From Patescibacteria group bacterium (GTDB lineage Bacteria; Patescibacteriota; Minisyncoccia; Phycocordibacterales; SBAW01): a stretch of 64,000 bases of DNA. Of this stretch, positions 9,778 to 19,956 are shown in pieces. The number at the start of each line of letters is the position of its first letter. Position 1 is the first letter of the stretch. The DNA lies in assembly GCA_019752125.1 (NCBI GenBank), contig JAIEMM010000002.1:3062-67061 (forward strand), read 5' to 3'. The position numbers and the translations under genes are program-made. The notes under the pieces are model-generated. The model was not told the origin of the DNA and searched no databases. It saw nothing but the letters and a program-made list of their open reading frames with translations.

Positions 9778-10077
9778 TTACTGATTCTTAGTCAAAGAAC
9801 TGTGTTGGAGTAGTAACACATTTAATAGTAGGTTGTCAAAGTTTTCCTTATCTTGTAATTCAAATTATTTTTTATTTTCCCGGTGGGAGAAAAAGTTCAT
9901 TTTGGGGCAAAAATGAGGGTCAAAAAGTGTTGATTTTGCAACTTCTTCTAAGAAGCTGCGTTTTAGCTGTTGCTTTTTGCAAAAAAAGTTCTCGGATTGC
10001 TTATGCACACCGGTTTTTTACAGACTGCAGGAGTATAATGTATCTCCCAGCAATTTTATTAACTCAAAAAGCACCCT

Positions 10078-12981
10078 ATGGCAGTGACCCAAAAGATCAA
10101 GAAGCGCAACGGAGAGATCGTCGATTTCCATCCAGACAAAATCACCATAGCGGTGCAAAAAGCCTTCGCGGCGACGCTCGGCGACAGCCACGAAGCTGAC
10201 TCAAAAGACATCACTCGCGTTGTCGCTGAAAGTATTGATCTTCAGTACGGCAACACTGCCTTTATTCCAAGCGTCGAGGCAATCCAAGACCTTGTAGAAA
10301 CCGCACTTATGGTCCGCAACTATTTCTCAGTTGCGAAAAACTACATTATTTATCGGTACGAACACGATAAAGCGCGCCAGGAGAAGAAAGAAGAGATCGC
10401 AGAAAAGATAAATGAAAATTCTCTTCTTATCGTAAAGCGCGATGGCCGCCAAGAGCAGTTTAATGACAGCAAACTCCGCGCAACCCTTGTGCGCGCAGCC
10501 GAAGGGTATGAATCTATTCTTGACGCAGACTTAATCGTGGCAAAAGTTCGCCAGGAAATGTATGAGGGGATGAAAACAAAAGACATCCAGGACGTACTTA
10601 TTATGGTTACTCGCTCATTGATTGAACGCGATCCTGCGTATTCAAACATCGCCGCACGTCTGTTGCTCCAAACTATGTACCGAGAAGTGCTCGGCGATAT
10701 TGATTTCACCAACTTCGAAGCAGAGTACCGCGCTTCATTTGTAAAAGCGATTACTCGCGGTGTTGAAATCGGCCAGTTTGACCCCCGCATGATGGAATTT
10801 GATCTTAAGTCTTTGGCTGACGCTCTTATCCTTGAGCGCGATAATGATTTCAAGTATCTCGGTCTTCAAACTTTGCAGTCAAACTACCTTTCTAAGGAGC
10901 ACGGTAGCCGCAAACTTCTCGAGACTCCGCAGATTTTCTGGATGCGCGTTGCAATGGGCTGTGCGTTGGCAGAAAAAACTCAGGAAGAACGCAGCGCACA
11001 GGCGGTCGAATTCTACGAGATTATGTCGTCAATGTATTACACGCCATCATCTCCTACCCTCTACCACGCAGGGCTCAAACTTGCGCAACTTTCATCATGC
11101 TTCCTTTCAACTGTTCCTGACGATCTCCATTCAATCTTTAAAGAGTATTCAAACGGTGCGCAGTTGCTTAAATATGCGGGTGGCCTTGGTGTCGACTGGA
11201 CCCCTGTCCGCGCCACAGGCTCACTCGTAAAGGCAACTGGTGTTGAAAGCCAAGGCGTCATTCCATTCCTTAAGATCGCCAATGATGTCACCATTTCTAT
11301 CAACCGCTCTGGCCGCCGCCGTGGTGCTGCTGCTGTGTATCTCGAATATTGGCACGCAGATATAGAAGACTTTATAGAGCTCCGTAAGAACACCGGTGAC
11401 GAACGCCGCCGTGCTCATGACCTCAACACCGCAACATGGATTCCAGACCTCTTTATGAAGCGCCTTGCGGAAGACGGCTACTGGTCCCTCTTCTCCCCTT
11501 CAGATGTCCCTGATCTCCACGACCTCTACGGCCGCAAATTTGACGAAGCGTATATAAAATATGAGAAATTGGGCGAAGAAGGAAAACTCGGTATGTACCG
11601 CAAGATCCGCGCCGCTGACCTCTGGAAGAAGCACCTCACCATGCTCTTTGAGTCTGGCCACCCATGGGTTACCTGGAAAGACCCTTCCAACGTCCGCTCA
11701 CCTCAAGACCACGTCGGTGTTGTTCACTCCTCAAATCTCTGCACAGAAATTACGCTCAACACATCGGCAACGGAAACCGCAGTCTGCAACCTCGGCAGCA
11801 TCAACATGGCAAAATTTGTTGAAAACGGTACATTCAACCGCGAACAAGTAGCTCGAGTCATCCCAGTTGCGATGCGCATGCTCGACAATGTGATAGACGT
11901 TAACTTCTACCCTACTGAAGAAACAAAGCGTTCTAACATGCGCCACCGCCCAGTAGGTCTTGGACTCCGCGGTTTGCAAGATGCGCTCTACAAACTCAAT
12001 ATCAACTTCGACTCAGATGAAGCTGTGCGTTTCTCTGACGAGTCGATGGAAGCAATCGCGTACCATGCAATCCTCGCCTCTGCATTGCTCGCAAAAGAGC
12101 GCGGCACCTACGAAACATACAAGGGCAGCAAGTGGGACCGCGGCATTCTCCCACAAGACACGCTCGCTTTGCTTGAGCAGGAACGTGGAGTCAAGATCGA
12201 CGTACCTCGCCACGAAACACTTAATTGGCAGCTTGTGCGAGAAGCTGTTCGTACCTGGGGTATGCGCAACTCAAATACGATGGCGAACGCGCCAACAGCA
12301 TCAACTGCAAACATTGCCGGCTGCTACCCAACCATCGAACCTATCTACAAAAACCTCTACGTGAAGAGCAACATGGCAGGCGACTTTATGGTTGTAAACG
12401 AATTCCTTGTTGAAGACTTGAAGAGCGTAGGTCTGTGGAACGCTGACATGCTCGAGAAAATCAAATTCTACGACGGATCGATCCAGGACATCATGGAAAT
12501 ACCTCAAGCAATGCGCGAGAAGTATAAAGAAGCATTTGAAATTGAATCTCAGTGGCTTATCAAAGCCGCAGCCTACCGTGGCCGCTGGATAGATCAGTCA
12601 CAATCGCTCAACATCTTCTATGGCGGAACTTCAGGACGTGTACTTTCAGACATCTACCAATACGCATGGTCACTTGGCCTTAAGACTACCTACTACCTCC
12701 GCACATTGGGCGCATCTCGTGTTGAAAAGTCGACCGTTAACCTGGCAAAGTTCGGCGGCACCTCAAAACAAGATGCTGCAGGAGCAACATCTGGCGCAGT
12801 GCCGTCGGCAATGGTCGTAGAAGAAACTGTTACTACCACTACCACAGTAGAAGTCTTGTCGCAGGCCGCTCCAGTTCTATCCCCTATATCAGCTGGCATA
12901 CCTCAATTTTCAACAGAAAAGCCTGTAGTGCGTGGCAAAGTTGAAATACTAGGCGAGGTGTGCGAAAGTTGTTCGGCGTAA
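10078..12981 (+). CDS. nrdA: Ribonucleoside-diphosphate reductase class I alpha subunit, two ATP cones
   Basis: IKKRNG and IVKRDG cones; LSSCF, SSNLCTEI, VCNLGS, KTTYYLR, terminal CESC. Confidence 0.97.
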   Translation: MAVTQKIKKRNGEIVDFHPDKITIAVQKAFAATLGDSHEADSKDITRVVAESIDLQYGNTAFIPSVEAIQDLVETALMVRNYFSVAKNYIIYRYEHDKARQEKKEEIAEKINENSLLIVKRDGRQEQFNDSKLRATLVRAAEGYESILDADLIVAKVRQEMYEGMKTKDIQDVLIMVTRSLIERDPAYSNIAARLLLQTMYREVLGDIDFTNFEAEYRASFVKAITRGVEIGQFDPRMMEFDLKSLADALILERDNDFKYLGLQTLQSNYLSKEHGSRKLLETPQIFWMRVAMGCALAEKTQEERSAQAVEFYEIMSSMYYTPSSPTLYHAGLKLAQLSSCFLSTVPDDLHSIFKEYSNGAQLLKYAGGLGVDWTPVRATGSLVKATGVESQGVIPFLKIANDVTISINRSGRRRGAAAVYLEYWHADIEDFIELRKNTGDERRRAHDLNTATWIPDLFMKRLAEDGYWSLFSPSDVPDLHDLYGRKFDEAYIKYEKLGEEGKLGMYRKIRAADLWKKHLTMLFESGHPWVTWKDPSNVRSPQDHVGVVHSSNLCTEITLNTSATETAVCNLGSINMAKFVENGTFNREQVARVIPVAMRMLDNVIDVNFYPTEETKRSNMRHRPVGLGLRGLQDALYKLNINFDSDEAVRFSDESMEAIAYHAILASALLAKERGTYETYKGSKWDRGILPQDTLALLEQERGVKIDVPRHETLNWQLVREAVRTWGMRNSNTMANAPTASTANIAGCYPTIEPIYKNLYVKSNMAGDFMVVNEFLVEDLKSVGLWNADMLEKIKFYDGSIQDIMEIPQAMREKYKEAFEIESQWLIKAAAYRGRWIDQSQSLNIFYGGTSGRVLSDIYQYAWSLGLKTTYYLRTLGASRVEKSTVNLAKFGGTSKQDAAGATSGAVPSAMVVEETVTTTTTVEVLSQAAPVLSPISAGIPQFSTEKPVVRGKVEILGEVCESCSA

Positions 12982-13031
12982 GCGAGGCTCACGATGCCCA
13001 GAAACAATTAAAAAGTTAATTGTAATGGAGT

Positions 13032-13325
13032 ATGGAAAACAAAGAACCTTCAAATCAGACCTTGCTCGAAAGTATTAATGAGCGCTTTAATATGGTTTTT
13101 CAGCGCCTGGAAAAGCAAGACGGTAAATTTGCTTTAATTTCTCACCAGCTTGGATCTTTACTACAAGGACAAGCGGCATTGGGAGAGCGAGTTGGAGCAA
13201 TAGATACCACACTCGAAGAAATCCAAGTAACACTAGGCGCTTTTGGAAAAGCTATCGATGCAGACGCACTGACATTAGTAGGACATCAAGAAAGAATTAC
13301 AAGATTAGAAGAAAAAACAGCATAA
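13032..13325 (+). CDS. Small coiled-coil hypothetical protein
   Basis: Heptad-like pattern ending RITRLEEK; lies between nrdA and nrdB. Confidence 0.65.
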   Translation: MENKEPSNQTLLESINERFNMVFQRLEKQDGKFALISHQLGSLLQGQAALGERVGAIDTTLEEIQVTLGAFGKAIDADALTLVGHQERITRLEEKTA

Positions 13326-13329
13326 TTGT

Positions 13330-14322
13330 ATGGGAATCATAAACGGCGGCAGCAACACAGATCCAAATAAAATACTTCCAATGAAGTATCAGTGGGCTCG
13401 TGTCCACTATAAAAAAGGCGTTGCAAACAACTGGGTACCTGAAGAGGTATCGATGCAGCAAGACGTCGAGCTTTGGAAAAAACCAGGTGCACTTTCTGAA
13501 GACGAGCGCCGCATGATTCTTTGGAACCTTGGCTTCTTTTCTACTGCAGAGTCTCTCACTGCAAACAACCTTGTACTCGCTATCTACCGCCATATCACCA
13601 ACCCTGAAGCGCGTCAGTACATCCTCCGCCAGGCATACGAAGAGGCAGTACACACGGACACATTCATTTACTGCTGCGACACGCTCGGCCTCAACCCAGA
13701 CGAGATATACAACATGTATGAGACCATTCCTGGTATCAAAGCAAAAGACGACTTCGTCGTAGAGATGACAAAGTCTGTATTTGACCCAAGCTTCACTACT
13801 GAAGGCAAAGAAAATATCCAGCGCTTCGTACACGACCTTGTTGGCTACTACGTCATCATGGAAGGTATCTTCTTCTACGCAGGTTTTGTCATGATGCTCT
13901 CAATGCTCCGCAAGAACCGCATGGTTGGTATTGGCGAGCAGTTCCAATTTATCCTTCGAGATGAATCGGTCCACCTTGCCTTCGGCGCTGACCTCATCAA
14001 CACCATCGTGCAGGAAAACCCAGACATCTGGACACCTGAATTTAAACAGAAACTTACTGACAACATCAAACGCGGTGTAGAGCTCGAAAAGAACTACGTC
14101 GACGAGTCTCTCCCTCGCGGCATCGTAGGCCTTGTACCTGCAACTGTTAAACAGTATGTCGAACACATCGCCGACCGCCGTCTTGAACGCATTGGTCTTG
14201 AACGCCAATACCACAAAGAAAATCCATTCCCATGGATGTCGGAAATCATAGACGTCGCTAAAGAGAAAAACTTCTTCGAAACTCGCGTCACAGAATACAA
14301 AACCGGCGAACTCGATTGGTAG
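13330..14322 (+). CDS. nrdB: Ribonucleotide reductase beta subunit, class Ic (Mn/Fe) type
   Basis: FFSTAES, EEAVHTDTF, MEGIFFY, RDESVH, NFFETRVTEY. Confidence 0.95.
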   Translation: MGIINGGSNTDPNKILPMKYQWARVHYKKGVANNWVPEEVSMQQDVELWKKPGALSEDERRMILWNLGFFSTAESLTANNLVLAIYRHITNPEARQYILRQAYEEAVHTDTFIYCCDTLGLNPDEIYNMYETIPGIKAKDDFVVEMTKSVFDPSFTTEGKENIQRFVHDLVGYYVIMEGIFFYAGFVMMLSMLRKNRMVGIGEQFQFILRDESVHLAFGADLINTIVQENPDIWTPEFKQKLTDNIKRGVELEKNYVDESLPRGIVGLVPATVKQYVEHIADRRLERIGLERQYHKENPFPWMSEIIDVAKEKNFFETRVTEYKTGELDW

Positions 14323-14386
14323 TTCAGAAAAACTTTATTCAAATTTGAGTTCCTCCGAGAACCTTAGTGCGTATACTAAAATCTCT

Positions 14387-14539
14387 ATGGAACAAAGAAT
14401 TATAAAAATTGAAACTCAACTTATACGTCACGAGTCGTTGCTTGAAAGCATAGCAGCAGCTGCACTCCGACTTGAAAAAGGTCAGGAGAGAATCGAAGGG
14501 ATGGTCCAGGGTTTGTATTTCAGAGACTTCCAGAGTTAG
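14387..14539 (+). CDS. Small coiled-coil hypothetical protein (50 aa)
   Basis: MEQRIIKIETQL...; TATACT 9 nt before ATG. Confidence 0.45.
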   Translation: MEQRIIKIETQLIRHESLLESIAAAALRLEKGQERIEGMVQGLYFRDFQS

Positions 14540-14545
14540 GATTTT

Positions 14546-15370
14546 CTATTTGAGGCTCTTTGAAGACTCGTATTCCCCTACTTTGGTGCGGAGGATGTGG
14601 AGTGCGAGAGCTGGAACGCCGAGGTCTTGACCCAAGCCATGGGCTATAGAACGCGCGTAGGTGCCCGAGGAGCAAGATATCTTGATAGTGGCGCAGGGGA
14701 ACTCACGCTCCTCTTTGTCGCTCTTATTGGGTAGAGCGCGCCTCCAGCCTTCCATTATTTCGTCTTGTCTAAAATCACCGTGCACTTTCTCTACAGATGT
14801 TTCTATGTAGGAAAGAAGCGCTGATTCTTTAATTTTATACAAACCCTCGAGTGAGATGTCGTATACGGTCACCGTTTTCTTTGGCAACACAAGCGCGCCT
14901 ATCGCGCCCTCTCGCGCCCACTGAAAAAGAGATTTGCCTTCCACAGTTTTGGACGAATATGGCGGATATTCCTGAGCAACATGTCCACGAAATTCGTTCA
15001 AACCTTTTTCTATAGCTTTTTTTGTAACCCCATCAGTGTCGCCGCTATTCATGATGCGACCAAGCGCATCATAGGTGTCTGTAGAAAATCCAAAGAGCAC
15101 ATCGAGCACGTACTCCTTACTCATATCTAAATATGCTTCACGCATTTTATTTGCAGAACCAACAAGTGTGAGCATAACGCCCTCGGCCATTGGGTCCAGC
15201 CTTCCTGCATAAGAAAGCACCTCTCGCTCATATTCAGGCCGCTGGGTACGTAGACGCTCTAACCTCTCAGCCGGCGTCTCCCCCATTTGTTTATAGAGAT
15301 TAAGCACTTTTCCGCCCACTGTTCGCGGTCGTACATCGGTGTCTTTCTTACGGTCGTCGTCTCGGGGCAT
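14546..15370 (-). CDS. truB: tRNA pseudouridine(55) synthase TruB-like
   Basis: YAGRLDPMAEG, KEY, TDTYD, PPYSS, CSSGTYARS, LRTKVG. Confidence 0.88.
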   Translation of the reverse strand: MPRDDDRKKDTDVRPRTVGGKVLNLYKQMGETPAERLERLRTQRPEYEREVLSYAGRLDPMAEGVMLTLVGSANKMREAYLDMSKEYVLDVLFGFSTDTYDALGRIMNSGDTDGVTKKAIEKGLNEFRGHVAQEYPPYSSKTVEGKSLFQWAREGAIGALVLPKKTVTVYDISLEGLYKIKESALLSYIETSVEKVHGDFRQDEIMEGWRRALPNKSDKEEREFPCATIKISCSSGTYARSIAHGLGQDLGVPALALHILRTKVGEYESSKSLK

Positions 15371-15416
15371 TTCTGTTACAATACAAGATATAAGCCGCAG
15401 GAGCAAAAAAGACTTC

Positions 15417-16658
15417 ATGAAGGACAAACTCTCTACCGAAAGCTACAAAGGTGTTCGCGATTTTTACCCAGAAGATCAGCAATTTTTAAATTATTTGCTT
15501 AGCACTTACCGCACTGTAGCAAAGAAATTTGGCTATGCAGAGTATCACGCATCTATACTTGAACCTGCGGAACTCTACAAAGCAAAGGGTGCAGACAATG
15601 AAGAGCTCATCAACGAGCAGACATATACATTTACTGACCGCGGCGGCCGCGAGGTCACACTACGCCCTGAGATGACTCCCACTGTCGCTCGCATGGTTGC
15701 TGCACGCCGACGTGACTTTGGCTTCCCACTACGTCTATTCTCGATCCCTAACGTTTTCCGCTACGAACGTCCACAGAGAGGCCGCTTGCGCGAACACTGG
15801 CAGCTTAACGTAGACATTTTTGGATCTGAATCGTTTGCTGCAGATGCTGAGATTATTCAAGTCTCATACGAAGTAATGAAAGCCTTTGGCGCTGAGGAAA
15901 CCGACTTTGTCATTAAAATTGGCAGCCGCGCCTTTATCAACGCACTCGCGCTTGAGATGAATTTAAGCGAAGAAGATGCAGCGAAACTCGTTGGGTTGCT
16001 CGACCGTAAAAACAAAATCGAGGCCTCAGAGTTTGATTCGGGTCTTGCAGAACTTGGCGTTCCTAAAGAAAAATTAGATCCTTCCAACGTACCTCAGGAC
16101 GTGCAAACTGTGTTGGATTTTCTTAGCTCGGTAGGTGTTGGGAACGCTGTCTTTGATCCATCTATCGTACGTGGCTTTGCATACTATACAGGCGTAGTTT
16201 TTGAAGTCTATGACACTCACAAAGACAACAACCGCGCACTCTTTGGTGGCGGTCGTTATGACAACCTCACCGGAATGTTTGATAATGAATCTGTAACAGG
16301 TGTTGGTTTTGGTATGGGCGATGTCACCATGCACGACTTTCTTGCAGTACGAAACATGCTCCCTACGTACCAAGCCCCAACACACGTATACCTCGCTGTA
16401 GCGGCAGAAACTGAAGTGGCCCACGCACTCTCTATCGCACAGGAGCTCCGTGCAGAAGGCGTAAACGTCGCTGTCGACTTCTCCGATAAAAAACTTGCGG
16501 ATCAGATCAAAAACGCTGCAAAAAATAAAGTTCCCCACCTCATTGTTATTGGCCAAGATGAAATAGCGTCTGGCAACTTCATGGTGCGTGACCTAGTAAA
16601 CGGACAAGAGACCCCTATGTCTCGCGCAGAACTTGCGTCATTCTTTCTCAACGACTAA
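15417..16658 (+). CDS. hisS: Histidine--tRNA ligase
   Basis: KGVRDF, LRPEMT, FRYERPQRGRLREH.Q, RGFAYYTG, GGGRYD. Confidence 0.97.
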   Translation: MKDKLSTESYKGVRDFYPEDQQFLNYLLSTYRTVAKKFGYAEYHASILEPAELYKAKGADNEELINEQTYTFTDRGGREVTLRPEMTPTVARMVAARRRDFGFPLRLFSIPNVFRYERPQRGRLREHWQLNVDIFGSESFAADAEIIQVSYEVMKAFGAEETDFVIKIGSRAFINALALEMNLSEEDAAKLVGLLDRKNKIEASEFDSGLAELGVPKEKLDPSNVPQDVQTVLDFLSSVGVGNAVFDPSIVRGFAYYTGVVFEVYDTHKDNNRALFGGGRYDNLTGMFDNESVTGVGFGMGDVTMHDFLAVRNMLPTYQAPTHVYLAVAAETEVAHALSIAQELRAEGVNVAVDFSDKKLADQIKNAAKNKVPHLIVIGQDEIASGNFMVRDLVNGQETPMSRAELASFFLND

Positions 16659-16667
16659 CCTTGGGGT

Positions 16668-17240
16668 ATGAAAGTTGTCACGTTCGACATAGAAACAATT
16701 GGTGATTTCCGCGGCAATGGAGATTTTTCAAATCTTGAGATAACGGTTGTAGGAGTTCACGATTCAGAAACCAAGAAATATTCCAGCTTTCTTAGAGACG
16801 AGCTTTCTAATCTATGGCCGCTTCTGGAGCGCACAGACGTGCTTGTAGGCTACAATTCTGACCACTTCGATATTCCAATTCTTAACAAATATTACGTTGG
16901 CGACCTTACAAAAATCAAAAGCGTCGACCTGCTCAAAGAAATTCGAGGCGTACTAGGCCGCCGCTTAAAACTCGACAGCGTGGCAGAAGCTACGCTTGGT
17001 AAAGGTAAAATCAGCGACGGTCTTGCGGCCATGGATTGGTGGAAGAATGGCGAGTTTGAAAAAGTTCGTGAGTACTGCCTCGACGATGTTCGTATCACAC
17101 GCGAAATATACGACTATGCAAAGAAGCATAAGTCGCTCAAATACAAAGACTTTGATGGCCCTCGTGAAATCAAACTCGACCCTTCGGGCTGGGAAAAAAT
17201 CACCGAAACTGCAGCCATAAACCACACACTCCCTTTTTAA
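16668..17240 (+). CDS. RNase H-like (YprB/RNase_H_2) exonuclease domain protein
   Basis: FDIET, GYN..FD, LKLD, YC..DV. Confidence 0.85.
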   Translation: MKVVTFDIETIGDFRGNGDFSNLEITVVGVHDSETKKYSSFLRDELSNLWPLLERTDVLVGYNSDHFDIPILNKYYVGDLTKIKSVDLLKEIRGVLGRRLKLDSVAEATLGKGKISDGLAAMDWWKNGEFEKVREYCLDDVRITREIYDYAKKHKSLKYKDFDGPREIKLDPSGWEKITETAAINHTLPF

Positions 17241-17282
17241 AGGCGCCATGTTAGAATAGACACATAACCCTTATATAGCCAT

Positions 17283-17990
17283 ATGAAATCCCAATACGTA
17301 CTTCCAATTACCATTGTTGTTGCAGGAGTGCTTATCGCAGGCGCGATTTTTTTAGTAGGAAAAATGGCCGCACCAACAGGCACCGGGACAACGGGTAAGG
17401 TTACTGCTCGCCAGTATGACCCAGCGGTTGATTACATCGTAGGCAACCCAAACGCACAGGTAAAAGTAGTTGAATACGCAGACTTGGAATGCCCATACTG
17501 CAAGACATTCCAGACAACTATGCACCAGATCATGGACTACTACGGAGCATCCGGAAAAGTCGCATGGGTATACCGTCCGTTCCCCCTCGCACAGCTCCAC
17601 TCAAAGGCTCCTAAAGAGGCTGAGGCTGCAGAATGTGCTGGTGCCCAAGGCGGCGCTACGGCCTTCTATAAGTACATAGACGGCGTCTACGCGGTTACAC
17701 CAGGAGGGAACAATCTCGACTTGGCACAGCTGCCAGTTATCGCAGGCCAGATCGGTCTTAATGTTGAAACATTCAACCAGTGTCTCGCAAGTGGCAAGTT
17801 TACTCAGAAAATCCAGAGCAGCTACAATGAAGCTATCAAGCAAGGTGGCCAGGGCACACCGTTTATCTTGATCATGGTTGGCGACGAAGCAGTGACCCTC
17901 CAGGGCGCACAGCCGTACGACTCAATGCGCGCAGCAATTGACGCAGTCCTCGGTGGTACTCCAGGAACAGCGTCTACAACAGCTCAGTAG
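17283..17990 (+). CDS. DsbA-family thioredoxin-fold protein
   Basis: N-terminal TM; EYADLECPYC, FPL, GTP. Confidence 0.9.
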   Translation: MKSQYVLPITIVVAGVLIAGAIFLVGKMAAPTGTGTTGKVTARQYDPAVDYIVGNPNAQVKVVEYADLECPYCKTFQTTMHQIMDYYGASGKVAWVYRPFPLAQLHSKAPKEAEAAECAGAQGGATAFYKYIDGVYAVTPGGNNLDLAQLPVIAGQIGLNVETFNQCLASGKFTQKIQSSYNEAIKQGGQGTPFILIMVGDEAVTLQGAQPYDSMRAAIDAVLGGTPGTASTTAQ

Positions 17991-18012
17991 TCAGTAGAAA
18001 AATAAAAAGAGA

Positions 18013-18048
18013 AACCCGCCGGAGTCCGAAGACTGCGGCGGGTTTTTT
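18013..18048 (+). terminator. Probable bidirectional intrinsic terminator
   Basis: ACCCGCCG...CGGCGGGT then T-run; A-rich on the other side. Confidence 0.75.
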
Positions 18049-18074
18049 GATCCTTGCGGATCAGATGTGTTGGC

Positions 18075-18341
18075 TCAATCCAACCAGTGGTGCTTCTTCC
18101 ACAACAGCCAGCAGATGCCGAGGCCGGCGACGATGAAGAGTTGACCCACCATCAGTGCCTTGATGGAGTGTCGCGCACTCCATTCGACCCCTGGTTCGGT
18201 GAAGTAGCGCGTGATGAAGCCGGAATTTTCCAGCGCTGATTGGACGGCAACACCGCCAAGGACAATCAGTATCGCAGCGATGGCCGCAAAGGTGAGAAGA
18301 CCCATCACCTTCCAATCTTTCTTCGACAATCCTAAAACCAT
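18075..18341 (-). CDS. Orphan two-TM membrane protein
   Basis: GAGGGAG SD; own consensus promoter; two hydrophobic helices. Confidence 0.65.
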   Translation of the reverse strand: MVLGLSKKDWKVMGLLTFAAIAAILIVLGGVAVQSALENSGFITRYFTEPGVEWSARHSIKALMVGQLFIVAGLGICWLLWKKHHWLD

Positions 18342-18377
18342 TTGAATCTCCCTCAAAGGACGTTTATCTCGCCTCGC

Positions 18378-18407
18378 ATTATACCTCTAAATCGCCACTC
18401 TTGTCAA
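18378..18407 (-). promoter_or_regulatory. Consensus sigma70 promoter
   Basis: TTGACA-N18-TATAAT. Confidence 0.75.
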
Positions 18408-18418
18408 GAGTGGCCGGA

Positions 18419-19306
18419 TCACTCATCCGGCTTAAAATGCGCATCGTAGTCCTCTGGAGTTAGGTTGATGCGATATATATCAAACGAGTTCTCCCCTTCA
18501 AACATGTCGGAGGGGTTTGGTAAAAACGTTCCCATTCCAGATAGGATAACGAGCGTTGCAGTAGCGTCGCGGATAAGGCGGTTGAAGATAATGAATTCCT
18601 GCTTAAACGTGCGGAAATCTATAATGTACTTACGCAGTTGCGGTTTGCCGTCGGCGTTGCGAGACTTTTTACATTCAATAACAATAAACCGTCGCACTGG
18701 CTTATTGAAATTTTTCTTAACAGTGTAGTAGTTAAAAATCGCCTGCATTATAAAAAGTGTTTTCTGTGCGCCGTGGCTGCTAAACGTGTCGACAAATTTG
18801 TGGTCGATAATATCCACGCCCTTAGGGTCTACTGCAGACTGCACGACTAAGTCGGACACCGCTTTTATAGGTAGCGGTAGTCCTTCTACCTGCGCCATGC
18901 CAACATACTCCACTCCAAGCACTTTTTTATATTTGGGCGGCTTCTCCAAATAAAACCCGACAGCCTGGAGATATTCTCTCTCCATACTCTGCCGTTTTGC
19001 TTGTCGCGCGGACTTTGTCTTTGCGCGACCGAAGTTAATTTCAAAATCTGCGACGTTGCGTAAATTTTCCATGCCAAGAGCGGTTGCCCCCTCTTTATCG
19101 ATACCGCCGTAGTAATGTTGCATGGCTATATGAGCAGCGCGTCCCACTACAGACGAGGGGTTCGATGGCGCGTCATAGATTAACTCCACGTAGCGCTTAT
19201 ACCACGCGAGAGGATTCCTCAAATACGCCATCAAGGATGAATGGCTCCAGTGTTTGATTGGCAGTTCTGGCTGTTTTTGCTTCCGTTTCTTACCCTTTCC
19301 GGCCAT
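18419..19306 (-). CDS. PD-(D/E)XK nuclease superfamily protein
   Basis: WSHSSL, GRAAH, DLV...IIDHK, Q..FNY. Confidence 0.8.
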   Translation of the reverse strand: MAGKGKKRKQKQPELPIKHWSHSSLMAYLRNPLAWYKRYVELIYDAPSNPSSVVGRAAHIAMQHYYGGIDKEGATALGMENLRNVADFEINFGRAKTKSARQAKRQSMEREYLQAVGFYLEKPPKYKKVLGVEYVGMAQVEGLPLPIKAVSDLVVQSAVDPKGVDIIDHKFVDTFSSHGAQKTLFIMQAIFNYYTVKKNFNKPVRRFIVIECKKSRNADGKPQLRKYIIDFRTFKQEFIIFNRLIRDATATLVILSGMGTFLPNPSDMFEGENSFDIYRINLTPEDYDAHFKPDE

Positions 19307-19404
19307 GCCTTCAGTATACAAAAATATAATGCGGGAGGTTTAGCCTCCCATATCAGAAAAGAAAAAGCCTCTCTGAGGGTGAGTCAGAGAGGGGTTTTAG
19401 GGAA

Positions 19405-19848
19405 TCAGAGAAACGGATGAGGCAGATCGAGCTCCGCGTACAGCAACTCCATGAACTCGCCGACCATCTTCGCCTCGTGCCACGGAAGCGCGCAAGGAGA
19501 GAATTTTTTGCCATGGCGCGCAAACCCATCCACCCACCCTTGGGTAAGACGGAGATCCATTCCCGTCTTCTCCTCGCAGATGATGAGCACTACCTCGGTC
19601 AACTCTCCATGCTGCCAGTCCGAAGCGTAGTAGATCTGCACGACCTCGTTGTTCAGAGAAGCACGGAAGGAGCCGGTCGAGGTTAAGGATTTGATTACCT
19701 CGAAATTCTTCCCCTCACCGAAGAGCCTGGGGAGCTCTTTGAAGTCGAGTGTCGGTTGCTCCAAGTAAGCCCCTAACGGCTTTTCGAGCCAAGAGAAAAG
19801 CGACGAGAACCACGCCCGGGTACCAATCTGTAGAGACTGTAGCGACAT
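19405..19848 (-). CDS. Orphan protein, probable paralog of 19957..20496
   Basis: AAGGGAGG SD; shared FEV...WQ.G...E.V.I.C pattern. Confidence 0.65.
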   Translation of the reverse strand: MSLQSLQIGTRAWFSSLFSWLEKPLGAYLEQPTLDFKELPRLFGEGKNFEVIKSLTSTGSFRASLNNEVVQIYYASDWQHGELTEVVLIICEEKTGMDLRLTQGWVDGFARHGKKFSPCALPWHEAKMVGEFMELLYAELDLPHPFL

Positions 19849-19956
19849 GGTCGCCTCCCTTCTACGCTGGTTAACGCATTGAACACCTACCAAAATCCTA
19901 CAACGAGAAGTTTTGTATGTCTAGGCTTCATAATTTAAAAGAAAAAAACTCCCCTG

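Noticed and set aside
10078-14322. Intein or intron in nrdA/nrdB (also considered for dnaE, gyrB and rpoBC)
   Set aside because: ORFs are continuous, with no intein terminal motifs or homing-endonuclease-sized inserts
18419-19306. Cas4 or defence-system nuclease
   Set aside because: No four-Cys cluster and no partner genes; only a generic PD-(D/E)XK call is supported
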